Source: Solirubrobacterales bacterium (GTDB taxonomy: Bacteria > Actinomycetota > Thermoleophilia > Solirubrobacterales > 70-9). Taken from it: DNA of 32,360 nucleotides. Shown here one piece after another: positions 22,355 through 29,783 of this stretch (within the stretch, counting starts at the first letter, position 1; each line of letters starts with the position of its first letter). The DNA is taken from contig DASUQZ010000086.1 in the NCBI GenBank assembly GCA_036280335.1, positions 1 through 32,360 of the forward strand, read 5' to 3'. Position numbers and translations under genes: made by a program. The notes beneath the pieces are model-generated. The model saw only the letters and a list, made by a program, of their open reading frames with translations, was not told where the DNA came from and ran no database searches.

Positions 22355-23121
22355 CGGCGCAAGCTTACGGCGCTGCCCTCGAGGAGGGTGCGGGCGACCA
22401 GCTCGGGGTCGTCCCAGGTGGGGGTGTGGCCGACGTCGGGGAGGACGAGGAAGCGGGCGCCGGCGGGGCGGCGGTGGCGCTTCGGCGGGCCGACGAGGCG
22501 GTCGCGCTCGCACCAGGCGATCGTCACCGGCACGTCCTCGGGATACCCGGCCGGGTCGAAGACGTGGCTGCGCATCGCCCGGTTGGCGGCGTCGTAGCCC
22601 TCGCCGTCGAGCCAGCCGAGGACGAGCTGGCGGGCGGCGGCGGGCGGGATCCGCTCCGGGTAGGCGGCGATCGACTGGAAGGCGGCGTGGCGCGTCGCCC
22701 GGAACCGCAGGGCGATCGCCAGGAGCGGGCGCGCCGGCTTCACCCAGGGGGAGCCGCGCATCAGCATCCGGGCGCCGCCGCTCGGCGCCTCGCCGAGGGG
22801 CCGCTCCCAGAGGCCCGCGGGGGAGAGGGTCGTCACCGAGGCCGCCCAGCCGAAGCGGCCCATTTCCAGCGCCACCCAGCCGCCGAGCGAGTTGCCGGCG
22901 ACGTGCGGGCGCTCGATCCCCTGCCGCGCGCACTCCTCGTGGACGGCGCGAGCGAGGTTGGCGGCGGTCGGCTCGATCTCCGGCGGCAGCGGCGGGGTCT
23001 CGCCGAAGCCGGGCATGTCGACCGCGTGCACCTCGCGCTCCTTCTCGAGCAGCGGGATCACCGGCTCCCAGATGCTGCGCGAGCCGCCGAGGCCGTGGAT
23101 CAGCAGCAGCGGCTCGGTCAC
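22351..23121 (-). CDS. Alpha/beta-fold hydrolase
   Basis: 256 aa. 'LLLIHGLGGS' forms the oxyanion hole and 'GNSLGGWVA' is the nucleophile elbow. The GTG start overlaps the CFA synthase stop (GTGA). Confidence 0.8.
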   Translation of the reverse strand: MTEPLLLIHGLGGSRSIWEPVIPLLEKEREVHAVDMPGFGETPPLPPEIEPTAANLARAVHEECARQGIERPHVAGNSLGGWVALEMGRFGWAASVTTLSPAGLWERPLGEAPSGGARMLMRGSPWVKPARPLLAIALRFRATRHAAFQSIAAYPERIPPAAARQLVLGWLDGEGYDAANRAMRSHVFDPAGYPEDVPVTIAWCERDRLVGPPKRHRRPAGARFLVLPDVGHTPTWDDPELVARTLLEGSAVSLRR

Positions 23122-24380
23122 CGCGCTCTCGGCTTCGCGAAGAGCGCCTGCACGTCGTGGATCCGCCGCTCGCGGAAGCCCGCCTCCGAGGAGCTCAGGT
23201 AGAAGTCCCAGAGCCGCCGGAAGCGCTCGTCGTAGCCGCGGGCGCGCAGCCGCTCCCAGGCGGCGAAGAAGCGCTCGCGCCAGGCGGCGAGGGTCGGCGG
23301 GTAGTGCGCGGTGATGTCGTCGAGCCAGACCTGCCGCATGCTGGTGACGCGCTCGAGGCAGCCGGCGATCAGGCCCTCCGAGGGGAGGCAGCCGCCGGGG
23401 AAGACGTGGGTGTTGGCGAAGCTCCGCGCCGCCTTCTCGACCTCGTAGATGCGGTCGTCGATCGTGATCGCCTGCAGCAGCATCAGCCCGTCGTCGGTGA
23501 GCAGCTGGTCGCAGCGGCGGAAGTAGTCGTCGAAGTACTGCCAGCCGACCGCCTCGATCATCTCGACGCTGACGAGGCGGTCGAAGCGGCCGTCGAGGTC
23601 GCGGTAGTCCTGGAGCAGCACCGTGACCTGGTCCTCGAGGCCGGCCTCGCGGACACGCCGCGTCGCCAGTTCGAACTGTTCGCGGGAGATCGTCGTCGTC
23701 GTGACCCGGCAGCCGGTCCGCCGCGCCGCGTGGATCGCCATCCCACCCCAGCCCGTGCCGATCTCCAGCAGGTGGTTCTCGGGTCCGAGCCGGAGGCGTT
23801 CGCAGATGCGGTCGAGCTTCGCCAGCTGCGCCTCCTCGAGGCTCGCCGCCGCGTCGGGGAAGTAGGCGCAGGAATACATCATCCGCCTGTCGAGGAAGGC
23901 GGCGAAGAGGTCGTTGCCCAGGTCGTAGTGGGCGCTGATGTTGCGGCGGGCGCCGGGGCGGGTGTTCTCGGGGACGAGGTGGCGGACCCGGTGCCAGAGG
24001 CCGCGCGGCTTCGCGACCGCGCCGCGGAGGCCGTCCATCTCGCGCAGCTCCCGCGCGGCGATCCGGATCAGGGAGACGAGGTCGTCGGTCTCCCAGCGAC
24101 CGTCGACGTAGCCCTCCCCGAGCCCGACGCTGCCGCGCAGCGGCCCGCGCCAGGCGGCGGGGTCGTTGATCTTCACCGTCGCCGTCAGTTCGGCATCGGG
24201 CGGCCCGAAGCTCCGCTCCCGCCCCTCTTCGACCACGTCGATGCGCCCGCTGCGCACCCGGCTCAGGACCCGCCCGACGCCGGCGCGGGCGAGCGTGTCA
24301 CCGATGTTCCCACTCGCGGCCACACCTACATCTACCCGCTCAGCGCCCGAATTGAAAGACCCGCCCCCGCCGAACTGCAT
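23118..24380 (-). CDS. cfa: Cyclopropane-fatty-acyl-phospholipid synthase family SAM-dependent methyltransferase
   Basis: Carries 'ISAHYDLGNDLFAAFLD', 'MMYSCAYF' and the SAM motif 'LLEIGTGWGGMAIHAA'. Start uncertain: the ATG at 24380 gives about 420 aa, and ATGs at 24404 and 24515 are also in frame. Both proximal ATGs lie inside copies of a 14-nt repeat. Confidence 0.8.
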   Translation of the reverse strand: MQFGGGGSFNSGAERVDVGVAASGNIGDTLARAGVGRVLSRVRSGRIDVVEEGRERSFGPPDAELTATVKINDPAAWRGPLRGSVGLGEGYVDGRWETDDLVSLIRIAARELREMDGLRGAVAKPRGLWHRVRHLVPENTRPGARRNISAHYDLGNDLFAAFLDRRMMYSCAYFPDAAASLEEAQLAKLDRICERLRLGPENHLLEIGTGWGGMAIHAARRTGCRVTTTTISREQFELATRRVREAGLEDQVTVLLQDYRDLDGRFDRLVSVEMIEAVGWQYFDDYFRRCDQLLTDDGLMLLQAITIDDRIYEVEKAARSFANTHVFPGGCLPSEGLIAGCLERVTSMRQVWLDDITAHYPPTLAAWRERFFAAWERLRARGYDERFRRLWDFYLSSSEAGFRERRIHDVQALFAKPRAR

Positions 24381-24447
24381 CAAGCTGCCACCCCCGAACT
24401 GCATCAAATTCTGGTCGTTTCGGGGCCAAAATTTGATGCAGTTCGGG
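24370..24447. repeat. Three copies of CCGAACTGCATCAA (two direct, one inverted), including an 18-bp perfect palindrome
   Basis: Copies at 24370-24383 and 24394-24407 are direct; the copy at 24433-24446 is inverted. CCCGAACTGCATCAAATT (24393-24410) pairs perfectly with AATTTGATGCAGTTCGGG (24430-24447) across a 19-nt spacer. That spacer can itself pair UGGUC/GGCCA. Confidence 0.85.
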
Positions 24448-24497
24448 TGGGCTGGGTGTGGCGCGACACTGCGCCCACTACCGTGTTCGGAACAGAC

Positions 24498-25721
24498 GTG
24501 GGTGCCCGAAGTCAAAGGAGACGGGGCTTGCCGGCGCTACTCGCTGCGCTTGCCGCGTTGGCGGCGGCGCTTCCTGGCGCCGCGGCCGAGACCGGCGGCG
24601 CCGGCCAGGTCGAACCGGGCGGCAACGTCAGCAACAGCGCCTTCGACCGGCAGGGGCAGTGGATCTGGTACGTCTCCCGCTCCGAGGGCGGCAGCATCCG
24701 TGGGATCATCGCCCGCGCCAAGCGCAACGACGTCGGCACCGTCTACGTCAAGTCCGGCGACGGCGACGACTACTGGAGCCAGTTCAACCGCGGCCTGGTC
24801 CAGGCGCTCCACCGCGCCGGGCTCAGCGTCTGCGCCTGGCACTTCGTCTACGGCGACCGGCCGCTGGCCGAGGCGCGGGTCTCGGCGATGGCGGTGAAGC
24901 GCGGCGCCGACTGCTTCGCGATCGACGCCGAGGCCGACTACGAGGGCAAGTACGCCGCCGCCGACCGCTACGTCCGCGCCCTGCGCGCCCGCATCGGCGA
25001 CAGCTTCCCGCTCTCGCTCGCCACCTTCCCCTACGTCGACTACCACCCGTCCTTCCCGTACTCGGTCTTCTTCGGCCCGGGCGGCGCCACCTACAACCAG
25101 CCGCAGATGTACTGGAAGACGATCGGTACCTCGGTGCGCGAGGTCTTCGAGCACACCTACCTCTACAACCGCATCTACGGCCACCCGATCTACCCCCTCG
25201 GCCAGACCTACGAAGCTCCGGGCACCGGCGCGATCAAAGCCTTCCGCCGCTTCGCCGCCAGCCACGGCGGCCTGGCGCCGAGCTGGTGGTCATGGCAAGA
25301 GACGAACGGCCAGGAGTGGGGAGCGCTCGGAGCCGACAGCGGCCTGCGCCCGGTGGCCAACTACCGCCCCGACCCTAGCCACCCGCTGCTGAAGCGCAAG
25401 AGCAAGGGCGACATGGTGGTCTGGGCCCAGCAGCACCTAGTCGGCGCCGGCGCCGACCTGCCGATCACCGGCTTCTTCGGCCCCAAGACGGCTCGCGCGG
25501 TGCGCGCCTTCAAAGAAGACCACGGCCTGCCGGCCAACGGCGTGATCGACACCGACACCTGGGACGAGCTCCTCACCTACACGCCCTACCGTGCGCGCTG
25601 GGCGGGAGGACGAGCACGAGCGAGCGAGGCAGGCGCCTCGGCAAGCCGGCCGCTGTCGCTCCGCAAGCCGCTCTCGGCGACCCTGCCGGCCAAGGCTTAT
25701 GAGATCCCGTCGAAGCACTAA
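24498..25721 (+). CDS. Secreted protein: glycoside-hydrolase-like (GH25/DUF1906-like) domain plus a C-terminal peptidoglycan-binding domain
   Basis: This is the real C-terminal part of ORF 23157..25721. GTG at 24498 gives 'MGARSQRRRGLPALLAALAALAAALPGAAAE', a Tat-like RRR signal. An alternative TTG at 24528 has AAGGAG 7 nt upstream. PG_binding_1-like block: 'GDMVVWAQQHLVGAG...GFFGPKTARAVRAFKEDHGLPANGVIDTDTWDELL'. The N-domain assignment is tentative. Confidence 0.65.
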   Translation: MGARSQRRRGLPALLAALAALAAALPGAAAETGGAGQVEPGGNVSNSAFDRQGQWIWYVSRSEGGSIRGIIARAKRNDVGTVYVKSGDGDDYWSQFNRGLVQALHRAGLSVCAWHFVYGDRPLAEARVSAMAVKRGADCFAIDAEADYEGKYAAADRYVRALRARIGDSFPLSLATFPYVDYHPSFPYSVFFGPGGATYNQPQMYWKTIGTSVREVFEHTYLYNRIYGHPIYPLGQTYEAPGTGAIKAFRRFAASHGGLAPSWWSWQETNGQEWGALGADSGLRPVANYRPDPSHPLLKRKSKGDMVVWAQQHLVGAGADLPITGFFGPKTARAVRAFKEDHGLPANGVIDTDTWDELLTYTPYRARWAGGRARASEAGASASRPLSLRKPLSATLPAKAYEIPSKH

Positions 25722-25935
25722 ATCGCGTTCAGGGCTAATCGACGCGGAATCGTGCCATGCGTAAGGCTGCGCGCGTCCAGGTCTGTCAGGCGGGTCCTGC
25801 AGGCACTTCCGCGCGTAACGTCCTTTTTCCGACCAGGCCCAACGACTTTTCCCCGGAGTTCCTTGTAGTCATCAACCCAATCTGAGATTCCTTGGCCACT
25901 ACTCGAGCATCAGTGCTCATACCAAGGGAGATCTC

Positions 25936-26496
25936 ATGAGCTACATCAAGAAGATTGGGCTGGTCACCGTCGCGACGACCGCCCTGATGGTGTTTGCCGG
26001 CACCGCTTCGGCGACCGTCACATACAACGGCTCTGCCTACACCGGGGAAATCAGCGCTACATCGACGAACTTTGAAATGGACGGCACCATCGACGTCAAA
26101 TGTAGCCATTCCGTCATTGCCGGTAGCACCACCGGCGGTGCAACATCATATTCGCTCAGCACCCTGACCTTCAGCGAATGCGGCGGCGACACAGTTACCG
26201 TCGTCAATCCTGGCACGCTAACCTACTCGAATAACACCGACACAAAGGTGATTCTCGCGACCGGCTCTCATGTGACAGTCCAGGTGCACCGATGGATCTT
26301 CGGTTTTCCTGTCACAACCCACTGTACATATGCGACTAACAACACGGCGGTCGGTCACATGACGAATGGCGAGGCGAAGTACAAGCTGTACGGTGCCAAC
26401 ATTCCTCAGAAACCGACAGACAGCGCTTGCGGCGAAAACACGCAGTGGACAGGTGAATACACTATTATCAACCCGGGTGCTCTGACCGTTGACTGA
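25936..26496 (+). CDS. Small secreted Thr/Ser/Gly-rich protein (hypothetical) in a low-G+C cassette
   Basis: SD AAGGGAG lies 5 nt upstream of the ATG. Signal peptide 'MSYIKKIGLVTVATTALMVFAGTASA'. The mature part looks beta-rich and has 4 Cys. Local G+C is about 50% by hand count, against more than 70% in the flanks. Confidence 0.7.
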   Translation: MSYIKKIGLVTVATTALMVFAGTASATVTYNGSAYTGEISATSTNFEMDGTIDVKCSHSVIAGSTTGGATSYSLSTLTFSECGGDTVTVVNPGTLTYSNNTDTKVILATGSHVTVQVHRWIFGFPVTTHCTYATNNTAVGHMTNGEAKYKLYGANIPQKPTDSACGENTQWTGEYTIINPGALTVD

Positions 26497-26530
26497 TTGA
26501 TCTGATCGCTGAGGGTGTCACCTCGAAGCA

Positions 26531-26556
26531 AAGCGGCCGCCCTAGGGCGGCCGCTT
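26531..26556 (+). terminator. Perfect 12-bp palindrome hairpin AAGCGGCCGCCC-TA-GGGCGGCCGCTT (likely terminator)
   Basis: Lies 35 nt downstream of the 26496 stop. A GC-rich perfect stem is followed by CCTT, with only a weak U-tract. Confidence 0.55.
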
Positions 26557-26702
26557 CCTTAGGCGCTGATCCGGGCATGAGCCAGACGCAGGGTGGACTA
26601 TGCCAACGCCCTCGGGGTGCCGCTCGCGACGATGTCGTCTGAACGGGCGCGCTGACCGTCGACTGATCGACTCATAAATGGATGACTCCAGCAGGAGCAC
26701 AG

Positions 26703-26737
26703 GAAAGCGAGCAGCCCTCTTGGGGAGGCTCGCTTTC
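26703..26737 (-). terminator. Hairpin GAAAGCGAGC...GCTCGCTTTC directly after the FAH gene's stop
   Basis: 10-bp inverted repeat (26703-26712 / 26728-26737), with inner AGCC/GGCT pairing possible. It abuts the TAG at 26737-26739 on the minus strand. No U-tract. Confidence 0.4.
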
Positions 26738-27591
26738 TAGGCTCGCACTCGCGTCACCAGTCGCCCCAGCGTCGGCGACCCGACGACGACCTCGTCGCCG
26801 TCGGCGAGCCAGACGCGGGGCTTGCGGCCCATGCCGACGCCCTCGGGGGTGCCGGTGGCGACGATGTCGCCGGGCTCTAGGGTCATCAGGCGCGAGAGCT
26901 GGGTGAGGAGCTGGGGGATGCTGAAGATGAGGTCGTCGGTGGAGCCGTTCTGCATCTCCTCGCCGTTGAGGGTGAGGCGGACGGCGATCTGGTCGGGCGG
27001 GCCGGCCTCGTCCGGAGTCACCAGGTAGGGGCCGCAGGGGGCGGAGCCGTCGAAGACCTTGCCGGGCATCCATTGTGGGGTGGCGCCCTGGAGGTCCCTG
27101 GCCGAGAGGTCGTTGAGGAGGGTGTAGCCGGCGATGTAGTCGAGAGCGTCGGACTCGTCTACTTCCTTGGCCTGCTTGCCGACCACGAAGGCCACCTCGG
27201 CCTCGTAGTCGGTCTTCGCCGTCGGCACCCGCACCGTCGCCCCATCCGGAACCAGCGCGTTGGGGTACTTGGCGAAGATCGTCGGTATCTCGGGCAGGGT
27301 CTCGACGTCGACCCCCACCTCCGCCGCGTGCTTGCGGTAGTTCAATCCGATGCAGACGATCTTGTCCGGATCGGGGATCGGCGGCAGCAGCTTCACCGCC
27401 GCGCGGGGGTGGGAGGGGGCGCCGGTATCGCCGAGCCGGCCCCGCAGGTCCTCGACCCGCCCCGCAGCAATCAGCTCCCGCAGGCTCCCCCGGTGAGGCT
27501 CTCCCAGGAGAGCCCAAGCATCGACCACCCGGTCGTCCTCGAGCACTCCGGCCCGAGGACCGTCGCCAGCGTCGAAGGTCAGCAGCCTCAC
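26737..27591 (-). CDS. Fumarylacetoacetate hydrolase (FAH) family protein
   Basis: GTG at 27591 ('VRLLTFDAGDGPRAGVLEDD'). Carries 'KIVCIGLNYRKHAAE', 'DYEAEVAFVVGK', 'MPGKVFDGSAPCGP' and 'GDIVATGTPEGVG'. The remainder of ORF 26737..27933 is read-through. Confidence 0.85.
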   Translation of the reverse strand: MRLLTFDAGDGPRAGVLEDDRVVDAWALLGEPHRGSLRELIAAGRVEDLRGRLGDTGAPSHPRAAVKLLPPIPDPDKIVCIGLNYRKHAAEVGVDVETLPEIPTIFAKYPNALVPDGATVRVPTAKTDYEAEVAFVVGKQAKEVDESDALDYIAGYTLLNDLSARDLQGATPQWMPGKVFDGSAPCGPYLVTPDEAGPPDQIAVRLTLNGEEMQNGSTDDLIFSIPQLLTQLSRLMTLEPGDIVATGTPEGVGMGRKPRVWLADGDEVVVGSPTLGRLVTRVRA

Positions 27592-27601
27592 GCGCTGCAG
27601 C

Positions 27602-29194
27602 CTATGCCTTGGCCACCTCCGGCTCGACCTCGAAGGCCGTGTCGACCAGGGTCTCCCGCTCGATGTCGGACTCCCGGACCAGCCACAGCGCCAGCACCGC
27701 CCCTGCGAAGGAGAGCAGCGCCCCGAGCAGGAGGATCTCGTTGAGGCCGTGCAGGAACCCCTGTTCGGCGGCGTTCCTGGCCACGTCCTGCGCGCCCGCC
27801 GGCAGCCCGGCGACCGCCTGCGGCAGCGCTCCCGAGGAGGTCGCCTCGACCAGCTGCCTCGCCTGCTCGCCGTCGACCGCGCTGTTCGCCACCGACTCGG
27901 TCTTTGCGGCGCCGGCGCCGAGGAAGATCGCACCCCAGGCGGCGATCCCGACCGCGATCCCGACCTGCCGGAAGGTGTCGTTGATCCCGGCGGCCATCCC
28001 GCTCTGCTCCTTGGGGACGACGCTGAGCGCGACGTCGGCGATCACCGGGTTGAGCAGGCCGACGCCGACGCCCGCCAGCAGGAACCCGGCCAGCAGCGCC
28101 GTCCACTCCGAGGTCATCTCCAGCCCCGACATCAGCAGCAGGCCGACTCCCGTCAGCGCCAGGCCCGCCCCCATCAGGTACCGCGCCTTGACCTTCGCCA
28201 GAGCCATCCCGGCCAGCGGCGCGACGACGAACGAGGCGATCGTGATCGGCAGGTAGCGCAGCCCCGCCTCGACCGGGGAGTGGCCGAGGAAGCTCTGCAG
28301 GTAGAGCGTCAGGTAGAGGAACAGCGCGAACATCGACCCGGAGACCGCGAAGGCGGCCAGCTGGACCCCGGTGAAGGCGCGGCGGCGGAAGAAGCCGAGC
28401 GGCAGCATCGGCTCGGCGACCCGGCGCTCGATCGCCAGGAACGCCGCCAGCAGCACAGCGGCCCCGGCGAACAGCCCGACGATCAGCGGGCTGCCCCAGC
28501 CCTCGGCGTTGCCGCGCACCAGCGCCAGCACGAGGAGGAAGAGCCCGACCGAGAAGGTGACGAGGCCGCCCCAGTCGATCCGGGTCGCGTTCGGGTCGCG
28601 CGACTCGGCCAGCTTCCAGTAGGTGACGGCGACCGCCGCGACCCCGATCGGCACGTTGATCAGGAAGACCGACTCCCAGCCGAGCCCGTCGGTGAGCAGG
28701 CCGCCGACCAGCGGCCCGATCGCCACCGCCATCCCGATCGTGCCGCCGTAGATCCCCATCGCCATCCCCCGTTCGGGGCCGCTTGGGAACTCCTGCGCGA
28801 CCAGCGCCAGGGAGACGGCGAACATGATCGCCCCGCCGACGCCCTGCAGGCCGCGGGCGAGGTTGAGGAAGATCGGGTCCGGCGCGATCGCGCAGAGCAG
28901 CGACGCCACCGCGAAGACCCCGAGGCCGATCGCGAACACCCGCCGCCGGCCGAGCCGGTCGGCGAGCGACCCCGCGGTGAGGACGAGCGCCGCCAGCGAG
29001 AGGGCGTAGGCGTCGATCACCCACTGCAGGTCGGTGAAGCTGCCGCCGAGGTCCGCCTGGATCGCGGGCAGCGCCGTATTGACGACGGTGATGTCGAGCA
29101 AGAGCATGAAGGTGGCGACGCAGACCGCGCCGAGCGTCCACCACCTGCGGGCACCGGCACCGGCGGGCGCCGCCTCCGCTTGAATCTGAGCCAT
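27602..29194 (-). CDS. MFS transporter, DHA2 (EmrB/QacA, 14-TM) drug:H+ antiporter type
   Basis: ATG at 29194 is preceded by AGGAG at about 7 nt. Carries 'MLLLDITVVNTALPAIQADLG', 'WVIDAYAL' and motif A 'GSLADRLGRRRVF', with about 14 hydrophobic segments. Confidence 0.85.
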   Translation of the reverse strand: MAQIQAEAAPAGAGARRWWTLGAVCVATFMLLLDITVVNTALPAIQADLGGSFTDLQWVIDAYALSLAALVLTAGSLADRLGRRRVFAIGLGVFAVASLLCAIAPDPIFLNLARGLQGVGGAIMFAVSLALVAQEFPSGPERGMAMGIYGGTIGMAVAIGPLVGGLLTDGLGWESVFLINVPIGVAAVAVTYWKLAESRDPNATRIDWGGLVTFSVGLFLLVLALVRGNAEGWGSPLIVGLFAGAAVLLAAFLAIERRVAEPMLPLGFFRRRAFTGVQLAAFAVSGSMFALFLYLTLYLQSFLGHSPVEAGLRYLPITIASFVVAPLAGMALAKVKARYLMGAGLALTGVGLLLMSGLEMTSEWTALLAGFLLAGVGVGLLNPVIADVALSVVPKEQSGMAAGINDTFRQVGIAVGIAAWGAIFLGAGAAKTESVANSAVDGEQARQLVEATSSGALPQAVAGLPAGAQDVARNAAEQGFLHGLNEILLLGALLSFAGAVLALWLVRESDIERETLVDTAFEVEPEVAKA

Positions 29195-29267
29195 CTGAAA
29201 TCTCCTGGTCATCGGGTACAATTTGTAAGGAAACCTTGTAAGGCTCCCTGACGGAAAGGCGACCTTA

Positions 29268-29280
29268 TCAGGGTCCCTGA
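29268..29280. promoter_or_regulatory. Palindrome TCAGGG-T-CCCTGA (candidate MarR operator)
   Basis: Perfect 6-1-6 palindrome, 5 nt upstream of the marR-like ATG, in the MFS/MarR divergent intergenic region. A further CCCTGA lies at 29246-29251. Direct repeats TTGTAAGG (29223, 29236) and TCCCTGACG (29245, 29274) are also present. Confidence 0.45.
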
Positions 29281-29284
29281 CGAA

Positions 29285-29776
29285 ATGTCACCCAGATCTC
29301 AAAACCCTCCTGCCGGCATCCCTCTGCCAGCGCTGCTCGACCTCGTCTCCGAGACGATGTTCGGCCAGTTCCGCAGCGGGATCGAACGATCGGAGTTCGG
29401 CGACATCCGCCCCACCCATGGCTGTGTCTTCCGCTACGTCGAAGACGAGGGCCTGCGCCTCACCGAAATCGCCGAGCGGGCGAACATGACCAAGCAGTCG
29501 GCGGGAGAGGTCGTCGACGACCTGGTCGCCCGCGGCTACGTCAAGCGCATCCCCGACCCGAACGACCGCCGCGCGAAGCTGATCTGCCTGACGCCGCAGG
29601 GCGAAAAGGCCCAGGCTCACGGTCGCCGTCTCTTCGCCGAGGTCGAGCAGAGCCTGGGAGAGCGCTTCGGGCAGGAGCGGATCGCGCAGCTGCGTGAGCT
29701 CCTGGAAGAGATCGTCGCCGTCGAAGCCCCGTATGCGATGCCGCACCTGGCGCGGCCGCAGCCGATGAACGCGTAG
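29285..29776 (+). CDS. MarR-family transcriptional regulator
   Basis: 163 aa. 'LRLTEIAERANMTKQSAGEVVDDLVARGYVKRIPDPNDRRAKLICLTPQGEKA' is a canonical MarR wHTH. Divergent from the MFS efflux gene. Confidence 0.85.
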   Translation: MSPRSQNPPAGIPLPALLDLVSETMFGQFRSGIERSEFGDIRPTHGCVFRYVEDEGLRLTEIAERANMTKQSAGEVVDDLVARGYVKRIPDPNDRRAKLICLTPQGEKAQAHGRRLFAEVEQSLGERFGQERIAQLRELLEEIVAVEAPYAMPHLARPQPMNA

Positions 29777-29783
29777 GTCGATC

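Noticed and set aside
23157-24497. N-terminal 447 aa of the 854-aa ORF 23157..25721
   Set aside because: It is antisense to the CFA synthase gene. The real protein begins at the signal peptide, at about 24498/24528.
24300-24497. Possible ydaO/c-di-AMP-type riboswitch upstream of the PG-binding / cell-wall gene
   Set aside because: The context is suggestive, since such riboswitches often precede cell-wall hydrolase genes in Actinobacteria. However, I could not find the conserved pseudo-symmetric ydaO core blocks by eye, and the region is dominated by a perfect palindrome instead. An Rfam/Infernal scan is needed.
27588-29144. 518-aa minus-strand off-frame ORF, the 500-aa plus-strand ORF 27749..29251 over the MFS gene, and the 536-aa ORF 29541..31151 over the MarR/WS-DGAT genes
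   Set aside because: The translations are Arg/Pro/Gly-rich and overlap genes with strong family motifs.
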